Shown here: positions 1-8,923 of the stretch, piece by piece
Position numbering within the stretch: position 1 is the first letter of the stretch
Layout: every line of letters begins with the position of its first letter
DNA from: an uncultured bacterium
Lineage (GTDB): Bacteria > Fidelibacterota > UBA2242
Reading direction: 5' to 3'
Assembly: GCA_964588795.1 (NCBI GenBank)
Contig: CAZPQN010000002.1
Span: forward strand, 48,477-112,476
Length of the DNA: 64,000 bases
Program-made: the position numbers and the translations under genes
Notes under the pieces: model-generated
Databases searched by the model: none
What the model saw: the letters and a program-made list of their open reading frames with translations, nothing else
What the model was told of the DNA's origin: nothing

Positions 1-426
1 CTGGATGAATAAACCTACACGTCCCATGCCAGTGTCCACCTTAATATGCACTGTAGCCGGTTTACCGCTTCCTGCGGCATATTTCTGGATTGTCTCGATG
101 TCGTCCGGACGTGTTATGGTCAAGGCAAAACCATTATTGACCGCCAATTCCATCTCATCTGGAAACAGTCCGCCGAAAATTAATATTTCGCCCTTAATTC
201 CGGCCTCATGGAGTTCGAAAGCTTCGCTTAGCCGGGCAACTCCAAATAAGTGGACACCCTCGTCATTGAGGCACCGTGCGACTGGAATCGCCCCGTGTCC
301 GTAGGCATTGGCCTTGACGACCGCCATGACTTTTGCTGGTGCGACCCGTTCGCGGATTTTGTGATAGTTGTACCGCAAATGGTCGAGGTTTATTTCAGCA
401 ATCGTGTATTTTTCCTGAAAAGGCAT
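1..426 (-). CDS. alr: Alanine racemase (5' part, runs off window edge)
   Basis: Not in the ORF track. My translation from ATG at 426 gives MPFQEKYTIAEINLDHL...VMAVVKANAYGHGA...VHIKVDTGMGRVG, with the PLP-lysine and DTGMGR motifs. Confidence 0.95.
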   Translation of the reverse strand, partial: MPFQEKYTIAEINLDHLRYNYHKIRERVAPAKVMAVVKANAYGHGAIPVARCLNDEGVHLFGVARLSEAFELHEAGIKGEILIFGGLFPDEMELAVNNGFALTITRPDDIETIQKYAAGSGKPATVHIKVDTGMGRVGLFIQ

Positions 427-429
427 TTA

Positions 430-894
430 TTATCGACCGTATTTTGCCCGTAATGCTTGCTGGAGTTGCGGGAAATCGGGATAGATCGCGGTCGTGCATC
501 CCAAAATCCAGCCACTTATTTCACGAACCGGCAAAGTCGTCACCATATAGACTGGGATATTTCGGTAGAAAGCGACGGTCAATTCGCCGTACGTTCCCCC
601 CCCTTTCATGGCATACACGTCCCATAAACAAATGATGTAATCAATCTCGTTCATGAGCGCCTGCAGGTCGCCGCGGATGAGCTTTCGTACGATCGCCTGA
701 AAACGCGGCAGGTCGGATTCCTTGTAGGTACGGAATGTCGCCAGCTCAGCTGGAGTGAGATATTTATTTTCCTCGACGAGTGGATTATAATAGGTATGCC
801 CTAACTCAGCCTGTAAAAATGCCACCATGGCCTCACGCCAGGCCTGGCCGCGGTCCGGAGCATGTTCTATCGCCCCCGCTAAATAGGCTTTCAT
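430..894 (-). CDS. Nucleoside 2-deoxyribosyltransferase-like protein
   Basis: YLAG N-terminal strand, 'DYIICLWD', 'GTYGEL..A', 'IPVY' pattern of the NDT/DNPH1-like Rossmann fold. Confidence 0.6.
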   Translation of the reverse strand: MKAYLAGAIEHAPDRGQAWREAMVAFLQAELGHTYYNPLVEENKYLTPAELATFRTYKESDLPRFQAIVRKLIRGDLQALMNEIDYIICLWDVYAMKGGGTYGELTVAFYRNIPVYMVTTLPVREISGWILGCTTAIYPDFPQLQQALRAKYGR

Positions 895-1634
895 CGCTGC
901 AGTTTCCTACGAAAAAGATAGGTTCCACCGATAAAGATAAAAATATTCAAAACCACTACATATACCAGGGTAAATCCATTTATGGTATTGTTAATTGTTA
1001 TACTTTTACTCCCTTCGATGCTGACCGCCGTAGGCAGTAATGCGATCAACCAGTGCCCCACGCCCGTTAGATTCCCGACTGGGTAAAAGAATCCAGATAT
1101 AAAAAACAATGGAATGATGACTATCAGTAGGCTTAGGAAAATAAATTTCGGCCTGAAAAAAACACTTAAAATTAGCCCCAGCTGGATAAATAGCGCCAGA
1201 CAGAGCCAGAGATTGACCCAGAACAGTAACAGTATTCCAAATGAGAAATATACTCCACTGACCAGCATCAGGGTCACTGTTATCAGAACTAATAAAAGTA
1301 CACTTTCTGACAGGATATTCAGCACTAAATTTAGGTACAGCGAATTGACTTGAAGTCCAGCGGTCCGGAAAGTAGTCAGTATCCCGCCGGCCGAGTGCTT
1401 GCCTATTTCACCACAAGCGATTCCTAACGTAGATGTAATAATCAAAAAGGTTATGATCACACTGAAAAAATACACCCGGCTATCATGTCCTTGTATGACT
1501 GGTACTAAAGTACCCAACATTCGGTTAATACCTTGATCGAGAATAAGTGCGGCAACGATGACCAGTACAGCTCTGATTATGATTTGTTTATATTGCAGTC
1601 TCCAGTAATTCTTAAGCATGATCCAGGTTGTCAT
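891..1634 (-). CDS. ABC-2 type exporter permease
   Basis: About 6 hydrophobic segments, 'PLFFISGFFYPV..L' ABC-2 motif, adjacent to an ABC ATPase. Confidence 0.8.
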   Translation of the reverse strand: MTTWIMLKNYWRLQYKQIIIRAVLVIVAALILDQGINRMLGTLVPVIQGHDSRVYFFSVIITFLIITSTLGIACGEIGKHSAGGILTTFRTAGLQVNSLYLNLVLNILSESVLLLVLITVTLMLVSGVYFSFGILLLFWVNLWLCLALFIQLGLILSVFFRPKFIFLSLLIVIIPLFFISGFFYPVGNLTGVGHWLIALLPTAVSIEGSKSITINNTINGFTLVYVVVLNIFIFIGGTYLFRRKLQR

Positions 1635-1640
1635 AATTCT

Positions 1641-2561
1641 CTATTCCTCATCTGTCAACAGACGATTTAAAAATTCATCAATGCGCATAATTTGGCCTCG
1701 GATACCGACAATGTCGTGAAGATCGGTTTCGTGCATGATTTCTATAAAATCCTGCAAGGTTTCAGTCTGGACCCGAATGGTCAACCCAAAATCCTGAATT
1801 GTATGAATTTTTCGTGCCGTACTGAGTTTGGTGATTTTCTGCGGACTGGCCTTCTGTAGTTCCAGTTCGGCGGTAAAAGGAACCTCGATTTGCGTCAGCA
1901 TTTTTTCGATGGTACCGTCAAAGCGCACCATTCCCTTATCGAGAACGATCCAGCGGTCGGCGATGGTCTGAATTTCATTGAATTCGTTGGAAGCCAGCAC
2001 AATTGTTTTAGTCTGCTTTACCTCGGATAAATATCTTAACAGCACCGCCCGAGCATGATAATCCAAACCCAAAGTTGGTTCGTCTAAAATCAGGATTTCC
2101 GGGTCGGCCAGTATGATTAGTACCAAATCCAGGCAGCGTTTTGTACCCCGGGCATAAGTGACTGGAGCATTGACCAACTCCTCGGTAAGATTGAAATCCC
2201 TAATGAAAGAGTTGATCCGGTCCTGAGCTTTACTGATGGAAAGTCCCAGCAATTCTGCTCGCAATCTGATATTATCCCAGCCTGAAATCCAGGGATCATG
2301 CATGTCGTGATCCGGCAGATAGCCAACGATTTGACGAAGATCAGGATTGACCAATAAGGTATCTTCGCCATTGATAAAGACATTACCGGCATCGGGCATT
2401 AACATCGTTGCCATCGTTTGCAGGAGGACGGTTTTGCCCGCTCCGTTTCGACCGATAACGGCGAAGGTTGAACCTTTTTCGATGCCTAAATTCAGATTAC
2501 TTAGAATATAGTGCTTATGAAAATGCTTACTGACATTCTTTAAAGTGATTGATGCTTCCAC
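1641..2561 (-). CDS. ABC transporter ATP-binding protein (degenerate signature and H-loop)
   Basis: Walker A GRNGAGKT, Walker B ILILDEPT; GTG start overlaps the polA stop. Confidence 0.88.
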   Translation of the reverse strand: MEASITLKNVSKHFHKHYILSNLNLGIEKGSTFAVIGRNGAGKTVLLQTMATMLMPDAGNVFINGEDTLLVNPDLRQIVGYLPDHDMHDPWISGWDNIRLRAELLGLSISKAQDRINSFIRDFNLTEELVNAPVTYARGTKRCLDLVLIILADPEILILDEPTLGLDYHARAVLLRYLSEVKQTKTIVLASNEFNEIQTIADRWIVLDKGMVRFDGTIEKMLTQIEVPFTAELELQKASPQKITKLSTARKIHTIQDFGLTIRVQTETLQDFIEIMHETDLHDIVGIRGQIMRIDEFLNRLLTDEE

Positions 2562-5251
2562 TAATGCGCCTCATACCATGAATTGCCAACACCAACATCT
2601 ACCCGAATAGGAACCCGCAGGGGCAAAGCCTGTTCCATTTCTGTGGCTACGAGCGTTTTAACTATCTCTATCTCTTCATTTGGAACTTCAAACAGCAGTT
2701 CGTCATGTATCTGTAAAATCAACATGCTCTGGAGTTGCTTTTCGTTCAATAATCGCTGAATGCGGAGCATGGCGATTTTGATCATGTCCGCGGCAGTGCC
2801 CTGGATCGGCATATTGATCGCCATACGTTCAGCCGCTTCCCGAATGTTACGGTTTTCACTGTTGATGTCCGGAACATAACGCCGACGACCTGATAGGGTG
2901 TGCACAAAACCTTGTTCACGCGCCGCGGTAAGGGTCTGCAAGATATAATCGTTGATGCCGGGATAGGTCCGGAAATACTGTTCGATCAGCCGGCTGGCGT
3001 CACCACGCGGGATACCCAGTTCTTCCGACATCCGAAAAGGACCGGCACCGTACATGATCCCAAAGTTGACGACTTTGGCAACCCGACGCATCTCCGGCAG
3101 TACCGCCTCTTCCTCGACACCATAAACTCGAGCGGCTGTCCGGGTGTGAATATCAACGTTCTCCGCAAATGCTCTCACCAGTTCCGCATCACCGGACAAG
3201 TGCGCCATAATGCGCAGTTCGATTTGAGAATAATCGGCGGATAGCAGTTGCCAACCGGATTTCTGGGGAATAAATGCTTTCCGGATTTCACGCCCAATTT
3301 CGGTCCGCACAGGAATATTTTGAAAATTCGGATCACTACTGCTCAGACGTCCGGTCGCCGCGACTGTTTGATTAAACGAGCTGTGCACACGTCTGGTTTG
3401 TGGATTGACTAATTGCGGCAAAGCGTCCAGGTAAGTACTCTGCAACTTGACCAGTCCGCGGTATTCCAGCACGGCATCTGGTAACGCATGTTTATTGCGC
3501 AGTTTCTCGAGCACCGTAACATCGGTCGAGTAGCCCTTGATTTTGGGCAGATTCAATTTGTCAAACAGGATCTCGCCGAGTTGTTTGGGTGAGTTGATAT
3601 TAAATTCTACACCGGCAATTTTATATATCTTCCCAATCACCTGCTTGATCTGCCCATCGAGCACTGAGGACATTTTTTTGAGGAGTTCTATGTCCAGGAA
3701 AACACCATTTTCTTCCATCTGCATCAAAACGGGCACCAAAGGCATTTCGATATCACGAAAGACATCCCAGGTCTGGTCGGCTTTTAATTTTTCTTCAAAA
3801 ATCGGTTTCAATTGAAAGGTCACATCAGCATCTTCAGCGGCATAAAATGTCACTTTTTCTACCGCGACCTCGTCCATCCTGATCTGCGTCTTGCCCTTGC
3901 CGATAAGTTCTTCGATCGGTTGCATCTGATATTTCAGATACTGCTGGCTGAGTTTATCCAACTTGTAAGATCGGGCATCAGGCTGGATTAAAAAAGCCGC
4001 CACCATCGTATCAAACAGGAAGCCTTGGAGATTGATTCCGTGACGCTTTAGAATAAGCATATCGTATTTCAGATTCTGCCCGCATTTGCTAACCGATTCA
4101 TCCTCTAACAAGCCTTTTAAAAAGGTCAAATAATGCCGATTATCGGTCTCGGCAAACAGCTGCCCGGCCGCTGCCGGAAATTTGATGGGTACGTAGTAGC
4201 CGGTATTGGCCTGAAAGCTCAACGCAATTCCGACGATCTCGGCAACGTGAGGATTTAGTGCATTAGTTTCCAGATCCACTGCACAGGCTCCCGTTTCCCG
4301 AATTTTTCCGATGAGCGACTCCAATTCAGAAACCGAATTGATTGTTTGATAATTCTTTACCGGTCGCACTTCTTCCGGGGCCGGTTCGGATCGCAGTAAA
4401 GAAAAAAACTCCAACTCGCGATAAAGTTGGGTTAGCTGTTCCGTGTTTTCCGCTTTAATAGCCAAATCGGTAATATCAAGGTCGAGTGGAACATCGGTCT
4501 TAATCGTCGCTAACATTTTCGAGAAGCGTGCTGATTCGGCACCTTCCCTGACCAGCTGCGCTATTCGGGGATTGCCGATCCGGTCAGTATTGGCCAGAAT
4601 CGCCTCAAGCGAGCCAAACTCAGCCAATAAGGGTTGGGCTTTGGCGGGGCCGATCCCGGCTACGCCCGGAATATTATCCGAAGAATCGCCAGTCAATGCC
4701 AGATAATCGGGAACCTGTTCAGGCAGGATGCCCAGTTTTTCGATGACCTTCTGACGGTCAATTATTTCTTCTTCCTTCTGCCAGTTGCCAGGTTTGTAAA
4801 TATAAATATTGCCATCAAGCAATTGCATGAAATCCTTATCGCCCGTAACGATATAGACGTCCATACCCGCGCTCTCAGCCTGGCGCGCCAGTGTTCCAAT
4901 GACATCGTCGGCTTCGAAACCCGGTTTCGTCAGCAGAGTAATATTCATCGCTCGTACAACATCAAACATAATCGGAAATTGAGTCACCAGCTCCTCAGGA
5001 GTTGGCGGGCGTTGGCTCTTATATTCGGCGAAGGCGGCATGCCGGAAGGTTTTTTCCGGTGCGTCAAAGACGACCCCCAGGTAATCCGGTCGAATCTCAT
5101 GGGCAATTTTTAAAAGAGAATTAACGAAAACAAAGGTAGCACCGGTCGGCTGGCCTTTGGAGTTCGTCAACCGATTGCGGATTGTCCCAAAATAGGAGCG
5201 ATACGCTAACGCTGAACCATCAATCAGAAATAAGGTCGCTTTCTTTACCAT
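2561..5251 (-). CDS. polA: DNA polymerase I
   Basis: 5'-3' exonuclease (LIDGS, EADDVIG), 3'-5' exonuclease (DLET), motif A DYSQIELR, motif B AKVVNFGIMYG, motif C QIHDEL. Confidence 0.99.
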   Translation of the reverse strand: MVKKATLFLIDGSALAYRSYFGTIRNRLTNSKGQPTGATFVFVNSLLKIAHEIRPDYLGVVFDAPEKTFRHAAFAEYKSQRPPTPEELVTQFPIMFDVVRAMNITLLTKPGFEADDVIGTLARQAESAGMDVYIVTGDKDFMQLLDGNIYIYKPGNWQKEEEIIDRQKVIEKLGILPEQVPDYLALTGDSSDNIPGVAGIGPAKAQPLLAEFGSLEAILANTDRIGNPRIAQLVREGAESARFSKMLATIKTDVPLDLDITDLAIKAENTEQLTQLYRELEFFSLLRSEPAPEEVRPVKNYQTINSVSELESLIGKIRETGACAVDLETNALNPHVAEIVGIALSFQANTGYYVPIKFPAAAGQLFAETDNRHYLTFLKGLLEDESVSKCGQNLKYDMLILKRHGINLQGFLFDTMVAAFLIQPDARSYKLDKLSQQYLKYQMQPIEELIGKGKTQIRMDEVAVEKVTFYAAEDADVTFQLKPIFEEKLKADQTWDVFRDIEMPLVPVLMQMEENGVFLDIELLKKMSSVLDGQIKQVIGKIYKIAGVEFNINSPKQLGEILFDKLNLPKIKGYSTDVTVLEKLRNKHALPDAVLEYRGLVKLQSTYLDALPQLVNPQTRRVHSSFNQTVAATGRLSSSDPNFQNIPVRTEIGREIRKAFIPQKSGWQLLSADYSQIELRIMAHLSGDAELVRAFAENVDIHTRTAARVYGVEEEAVLPEMRRVAKVVNFGIMYGAGPFRMSEELGIPRGDASRLIEQYFRTYPGINDYILQTLTAAREQGFVHTLSGRRRYVPDINSENRNIREAAERMAINMPIQGTAADMIKIAMLRIQRLLNEKQLQSMLILQIHDELLFEVPNEEIEIVKTLVATEMEQALPLRVPIRVDVGVGNSWYEAH

Positions 5252-5442
5252 AAACTATCGGAAAATTTCACCAATAGTCGGCAAATTGCCAAGTGATTTG
5301 ATAGGATTCCTGCTTGGGCTGTTTCCTTCCGTCCCTTACAGCAAAGAAAGGCGTCTTGGACTGGGCTTACTCGAAAAATGCTGAACCATTAAGATGACCA
5401 ACTCCTCGAACGCGTTTACCTGCACGGACTCTGAGACAGGTA

Positions 5443-7803
5443 TTATTCACCAATAAGATAAGCAATGCTGAAAAACCCGTTGCGAGTTGCCCCCGGCCAG
5501 TAATAAGCCTGATAACCATTCCATTCGTAGCCATAACCGTAAGTCGCATACAGGGTGTTCAGCAGATTGTTGACCTTTACATTGAACGCTAATCGTCTGA
5601 TTTTATAGTGTAAGCCAGCGTCAACCAGCCAGTAGGCCGGATTAACTCCAATATTCTGCTCATCCAAAAATTGCTTTCCAACATGACGTATTAAAAGTGC
5701 TAAGGACAAATTTTTCATCAGATTGACACTGCAAATGCTATTAAAAAGCACTGCCGGGACATTGGGTAAAGATTTCCCCCTATTCGGCCCACTTAGAAAT
5801 TTATTACGGCTCCAGCTTCCGTTCAGAACAACGTTCCAGCGATAGGTCGGCTGATAACGCATTTCCCATTCCAATCCGGAATGATCGGTAGCCGCGGCGC
5901 GTTTATAGCTGTACTCGCCCTCCTGCTCCACATCTATATTTTTCAACTGTTCATTACGGTAGCGAATGCCATAAAGATTCAAATCAATGGTGATTTTATT
6001 AAAAATAATATTGCATCCTGCTTCATAGTCGTCAATTAACTCCGCGGCCGTTTGCTGGGGTTGGCTCCAGACATCGTCAGCAGAAATGATCTGATCGTCA
6101 GCGGGTTCTCTTTGAGCACGTCCATAGTTAACAAACACAGCGCTATGGTCTGAAACCGAATAAATTGCCCCTAACCGGGGATTGACAAAATTCCAGAAAG
6201 CCGATACATCATAACCCACAGCGTGTCCGATTTTGTGCTGGTCCAACCCCCATTTCACCTGCTGGAACTGCAAGTCGGAAATCAGTTTTAAACGATCAAC
6301 GGGATTATAAGCTATATGAGCAAAGGCGGTCGCGATCGATTTTGTGCCGAAATAGCGATAGTAGCGAAACCAACTTCTGCCTATTAAGTCGGACAGTTCC
6401 GCGTCAGAAAAATGGGCGATTTCGCCGTGATGATCTCCAGCGTAGAATCGTAGTTCACCGCCCACATCCAACCGCATGTTGTTACTTAGCCAGGTCATGG
6501 TCGGAATGACGCCGTAATATTCGTTTTCAATCCATTTGCGTCGCGTAAATGTCAGAGTCCGTTGCTGGTGATCATTGGTTAATCGTCCGTCGAGATTATA
6601 GGCATAAAGGAAATCCCGGAAGTCAAACCAATCGGTCGAATCGCTATCCGATAAATCATACCCCGTGGATTTTCTAGTCTCGTAATAGCCCCGCCCTTTG
6701 ACCAAATAAACGACATTGTTAAATAAAACCTGCTCACTTATCTTCCAGCGACTGGAGAGTGAGTAGATTTGTTGAAAAAAATCATCAGTATATGATTTGT
6801 AACCTGCCCGGCGGCGTTCGCGATCATGAATATCTTCCGCGGCGACACCATCCCACATCAGATGGCAGTTTTCGTAACCGAGTAAGGTACGGAATTGATG
6901 ATCGATATTTTTACCTTCGTAGGTAATGGCTCCCGTAGCCGCGCGTTGAAAGGAACTATGCTCTTCCCGATAACCATCGGATGTCACTTGGGCCAAACGG
7001 GTCGAGCACCGCCACCGCCCCCGGCGACCGGATGAAAGGCTGAGGTGCATTTTGGTCGTATGGTAGGAACCACTTCCAATTTCGATTTTCATGACAGGAT
7101 TATCTGTACCCGGCGCAGACTGGACATTGATGGAACCTCCGAATGCCGCCGAACCATACAGGCTATTGCCAATTCCCCGTTGAATCTGTACATCGCCAGC
7201 ATCCGACAATATATCGGTATGATCAACCCAATAAACCTGATGACTCTCGTTATCATTAAGGGGTACATCGTTAAGCATGACCGCAATGCGACTCTGGTCA
7301 AAACCTCTAATCTGCACATAGGAATAGCCGGTACCATTACCGCTCTCGCTGTAAGCAAACACACCCGGTTCCTGAGCCAAGATCATGGGTACATCTTCGA
7401 CGGTATATCGGTCGTGAATTTCAGCTGACGATACTTCGGAAAAGGCAACCGGAGTTTTACCTTTGACCGCGCGAGTGGCCGTAACGATCACTTGATCAAT
7501 AGGTAGATAGGTAGGTGTCAGCCATATTTCACCGCAATCTCCTTTGAGTACAAGCAGAACGGTGTCACAGTAAGCGATATGTGCAATAGTTATTCGGATC
7601 GGGATTTGGGATGTTGCGATAACGAAGCGGCCTTGCTCATCGGTATAAGTTCCCCGTCCATCCTCGAGAATGATATTGGCCAGTTCCACTGGTTTACCAT
7701 TCGTGTGCGATCTTACTATGCCGGTAATAGTTTGTTCCTTCCCGAACACGGAACTGACCAGTAGAGGCAATACAAACAAAACAGATAAGGATATTTGGTA
7801 CAT
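5443..7803 (-). CDS. TonB-dependent receptor, probably thiamine/TPP uptake
   Basis: Signal peptide from ATG 7803 (SD GGAGG), carboxypeptidase-like N-domain, plug motifs (IRGF, SLYGSAAFGGSIN), barrel end VNNLLN..Y; directly behind a TPP riboswitch. Confidence 0.9.
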   Translation of the reverse strand: MYQISLSVLFVLPLLVSSVFGKEQTITGIVRSHTNGKPVELANIILEDGRGTYTDEQGRFVIATSQIPIRITIAHIAYCDTVLLVLKGDCGEIWLTPTYLPIDQVIVTATRAVKGKTPVAFSEVSSAEIHDRYTVEDVPMILAQEPGVFAYSESGNGTGYSYVQIRGFDQSRIAVMLNDVPLNDNESHQVYWVDHTDILSDAGDVQIQRGIGNSLYGSAAFGGSINVQSAPGTDNPVMKIEIGSGSYHTTKMHLSLSSGRRGRWRCSTRLAQVTSDGYREEHSSFQRAATGAITYEGKNIDHQFRTLLGYENCHLMWDGVAAEDIHDRERRRAGYKSYTDDFFQQIYSLSSRWKISEQVLFNNVVYLVKGRGYYETRKSTGYDLSDSDSTDWFDFRDFLYAYNLDGRLTNDHQQRTLTFTRRKWIENEYYGVIPTMTWLSNNMRLDVGGELRFYAGDHHGEIAHFSDAELSDLIGRSWFRYYRYFGTKSIATAFAHIAYNPVDRLKLISDLQFQQVKWGLDQHKIGHAVGYDVSAFWNFVNPRLGAIYSVSDHSAVFVNYGRAQREPADDQIISADDVWSQPQQTAAELIDDYEAGCNIIFNKITIDLNLYGIRYRNEQLKNIDVEQEGEYSYKRAAATDHSGLEWEMRYQPTYRWNVVLNGSWSRNKFLSGPNRGKSLPNVPAVLFNSICSVNLMKNLSLALLIRHVGKQFLDEQNIGVNPAYWLVDAGLHYKIRRLAFNVKVNNLLNTLYATYGYGYEWNGYQAYYWPGATRNGFFSIAYLIGE

Positions 7804-7807
7804 AAAA

Positions 7808-7892
7808 CCTCCCTTCGCTGGTATTATCCAGATCAGGTTCAAAGGGTATCTTCTCAGCTTTCCGTCCCATGCGGGAAAGCACCCCTGGACCA
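7808..7892 (-). promoter_or_regulatory. TPP (thi-box) riboswitch
   Basis: Minus strand reads GGGGTGC...CTGAGAAGATACCCTTTGAACCTGATCTGGATAATACCAGCGAAGGGA, matching the TPP aptamer consensus; its 3' end overlaps the SD of the receptor. Confidence 0.96.
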
Positions 7893-7967
7893 TCACGATT
7901 TTAAAAACCCGGTTTAAATTATACCGTAAATTTAATCGTTCGATTCAAACGATTCAAGTGTATCTTG

Positions 7968-8059
7968 CGGGAACGCCTGGGAGTCGAACCCAGCTTCCGC
8001 CAGTCGGCGGAACAGCGATTTTGAAGACCGTGGCCCCCACCGGGGTGACATTCATTCCC
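7968..8059 (-). tRNA. selC: tRNA-Sec (anticodon UCA), structurally irregular
   Basis: GGGAAUG/CGUUCCC acceptor, 4-nt D loop CGGU, anticodon loop CU-UCA-AA, 7-bp variable arm, T arm CUGGG-UUCGACU-CCCAG, discriminator G; CCA not encoded. Confidence 0.88.
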
Positions 8060-8062
8060 ATT

Positions 8063-8920
8063 TTATTTACTGATAATAACAAAATCAAGATTGTGTTCAC
8101 TTTTCATACGAGCACCGGCTTTTTGCGCCGCTTCCCGACTCTCGTAACTTCCGGTTTTCACCGTATAAAAATCATTTGCTCCTCGCCGGTTTTTTTCAAT
8201 ACTGACTGAAAAGCCCAATTTCTCGAGGCGCTCCTTTAGTAATGACGCGTTGCTGAATTTTGAAAAAACCCCCATTTGCAAAGTGTATTTCCCCGGCATT
8301 GCGGTAGCAGTCGCGGAGGGCGCTGATATAAGGTTTTTTTTAGTTTCTGACTCCTTACGGGGTGTCTCCGGCGGTTTCTGCTCAGGTGCTGTCCGGGTAT
8401 GCAATTCGTCGGCCATATTATACTGAGGCGCAGTTCGGTAATCGAGATAATAGAAGTTAGCCTCCGGATAAAGATTCATGTAATATTGATAGAAAAAATT
8501 AACCGAGTCCTTCTGGTTCAAGGCATTTAAACTGGAGAGTAGAAAATAGACCGTTTTTTCCACGAGGTTTGTTTCCGGGTAGACTTTAAGTAACTCGCGA
8601 CTGTATTTGGCTGACTTGTTGTATAAGCCTTTGGTGTACAGATACTCGACAATCTTCAGCAGGGCATCGTCCGCAACCGCGCTCTGGGGGTACTTACTTA
8701 GCAACTCCCGATAGATAAATAAAGCCTTTTCCCCTTCCGGCTCGACTAATCCCCCAAGGTACAATACTTCCGGATGCTGGGGGTACGCGCTCATCAACAT
8801 CGGCAAGGCTTGGCGAACAGAATCCGCATGCCCGGCATTAATTAACTGATATTGTCGGCTAAAATCTTGGGCGAACAGCAGGCCCGGGACAAAAATTAAA
8901 ATAACTAGGCTTTTTCTCAT
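8063..8920 (-). CDS. Secreted TPR + SPOR domain protein
   Basis: Signal peptide, TPR-like 'KYPQSAVADDAL', C-terminal YTLQMGVF...VKTGSYESREAA SPOR motif. Confidence 0.85.
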   Translation of the reverse strand: MRKSLVILIFVPGLLFAQDFSRQYQLINAGHADSVRQALPMLMSAYPQHPEVLYLGGLVEPEGEKALFIYRELLSKYPQSAVADDALLKIVEYLYTKGLYNKSAKYSRELLKVYPETNLVEKTVYFLLSSLNALNQKDSVNFFYQYYMNLYPEANFYYLDYRTAPQYNMADELHTRTAPEQKPPETPRKESETKKNLISAPSATATAMPGKYTLQMGVFSKFSNASLLKERLEKLGFSVSIEKNRRGANDFYTVKTGSYESREAAQKAGARMKSEHNLDFVIISK

Positions 8921-8923
8921 GAA

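Noticed and set aside
5-635. Plus-strand ORFs 5..304, 250..453, 333..635
   Set aside because: Antisense shadows of alr and the NDT-like gene
5310-5339. Calling this the SRP RNA gene ffs
   Set aside because: Invariant loop bases and the tetraloop-closing stem are altered; kept only as an unresolved finding
5327-7868. 9-bp direct repeat TTCCGTCCC flanking the TonB receptor gene
   Set aside because: Too short to exceed chance, one copy lies within the riboswitch, and no integrase or transposase is nearby
7804-7896. 31-aa N-terminal extension of the TonB receptor in the ORF track
   Set aside because: It is the TPP aptamer read in frame; signal peptide and SD support ATG 7803
7670-8209. 179-aa plus-strand ORF
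   Set aside because: Antisense to the receptor, riboswitch and tRNA-Sec
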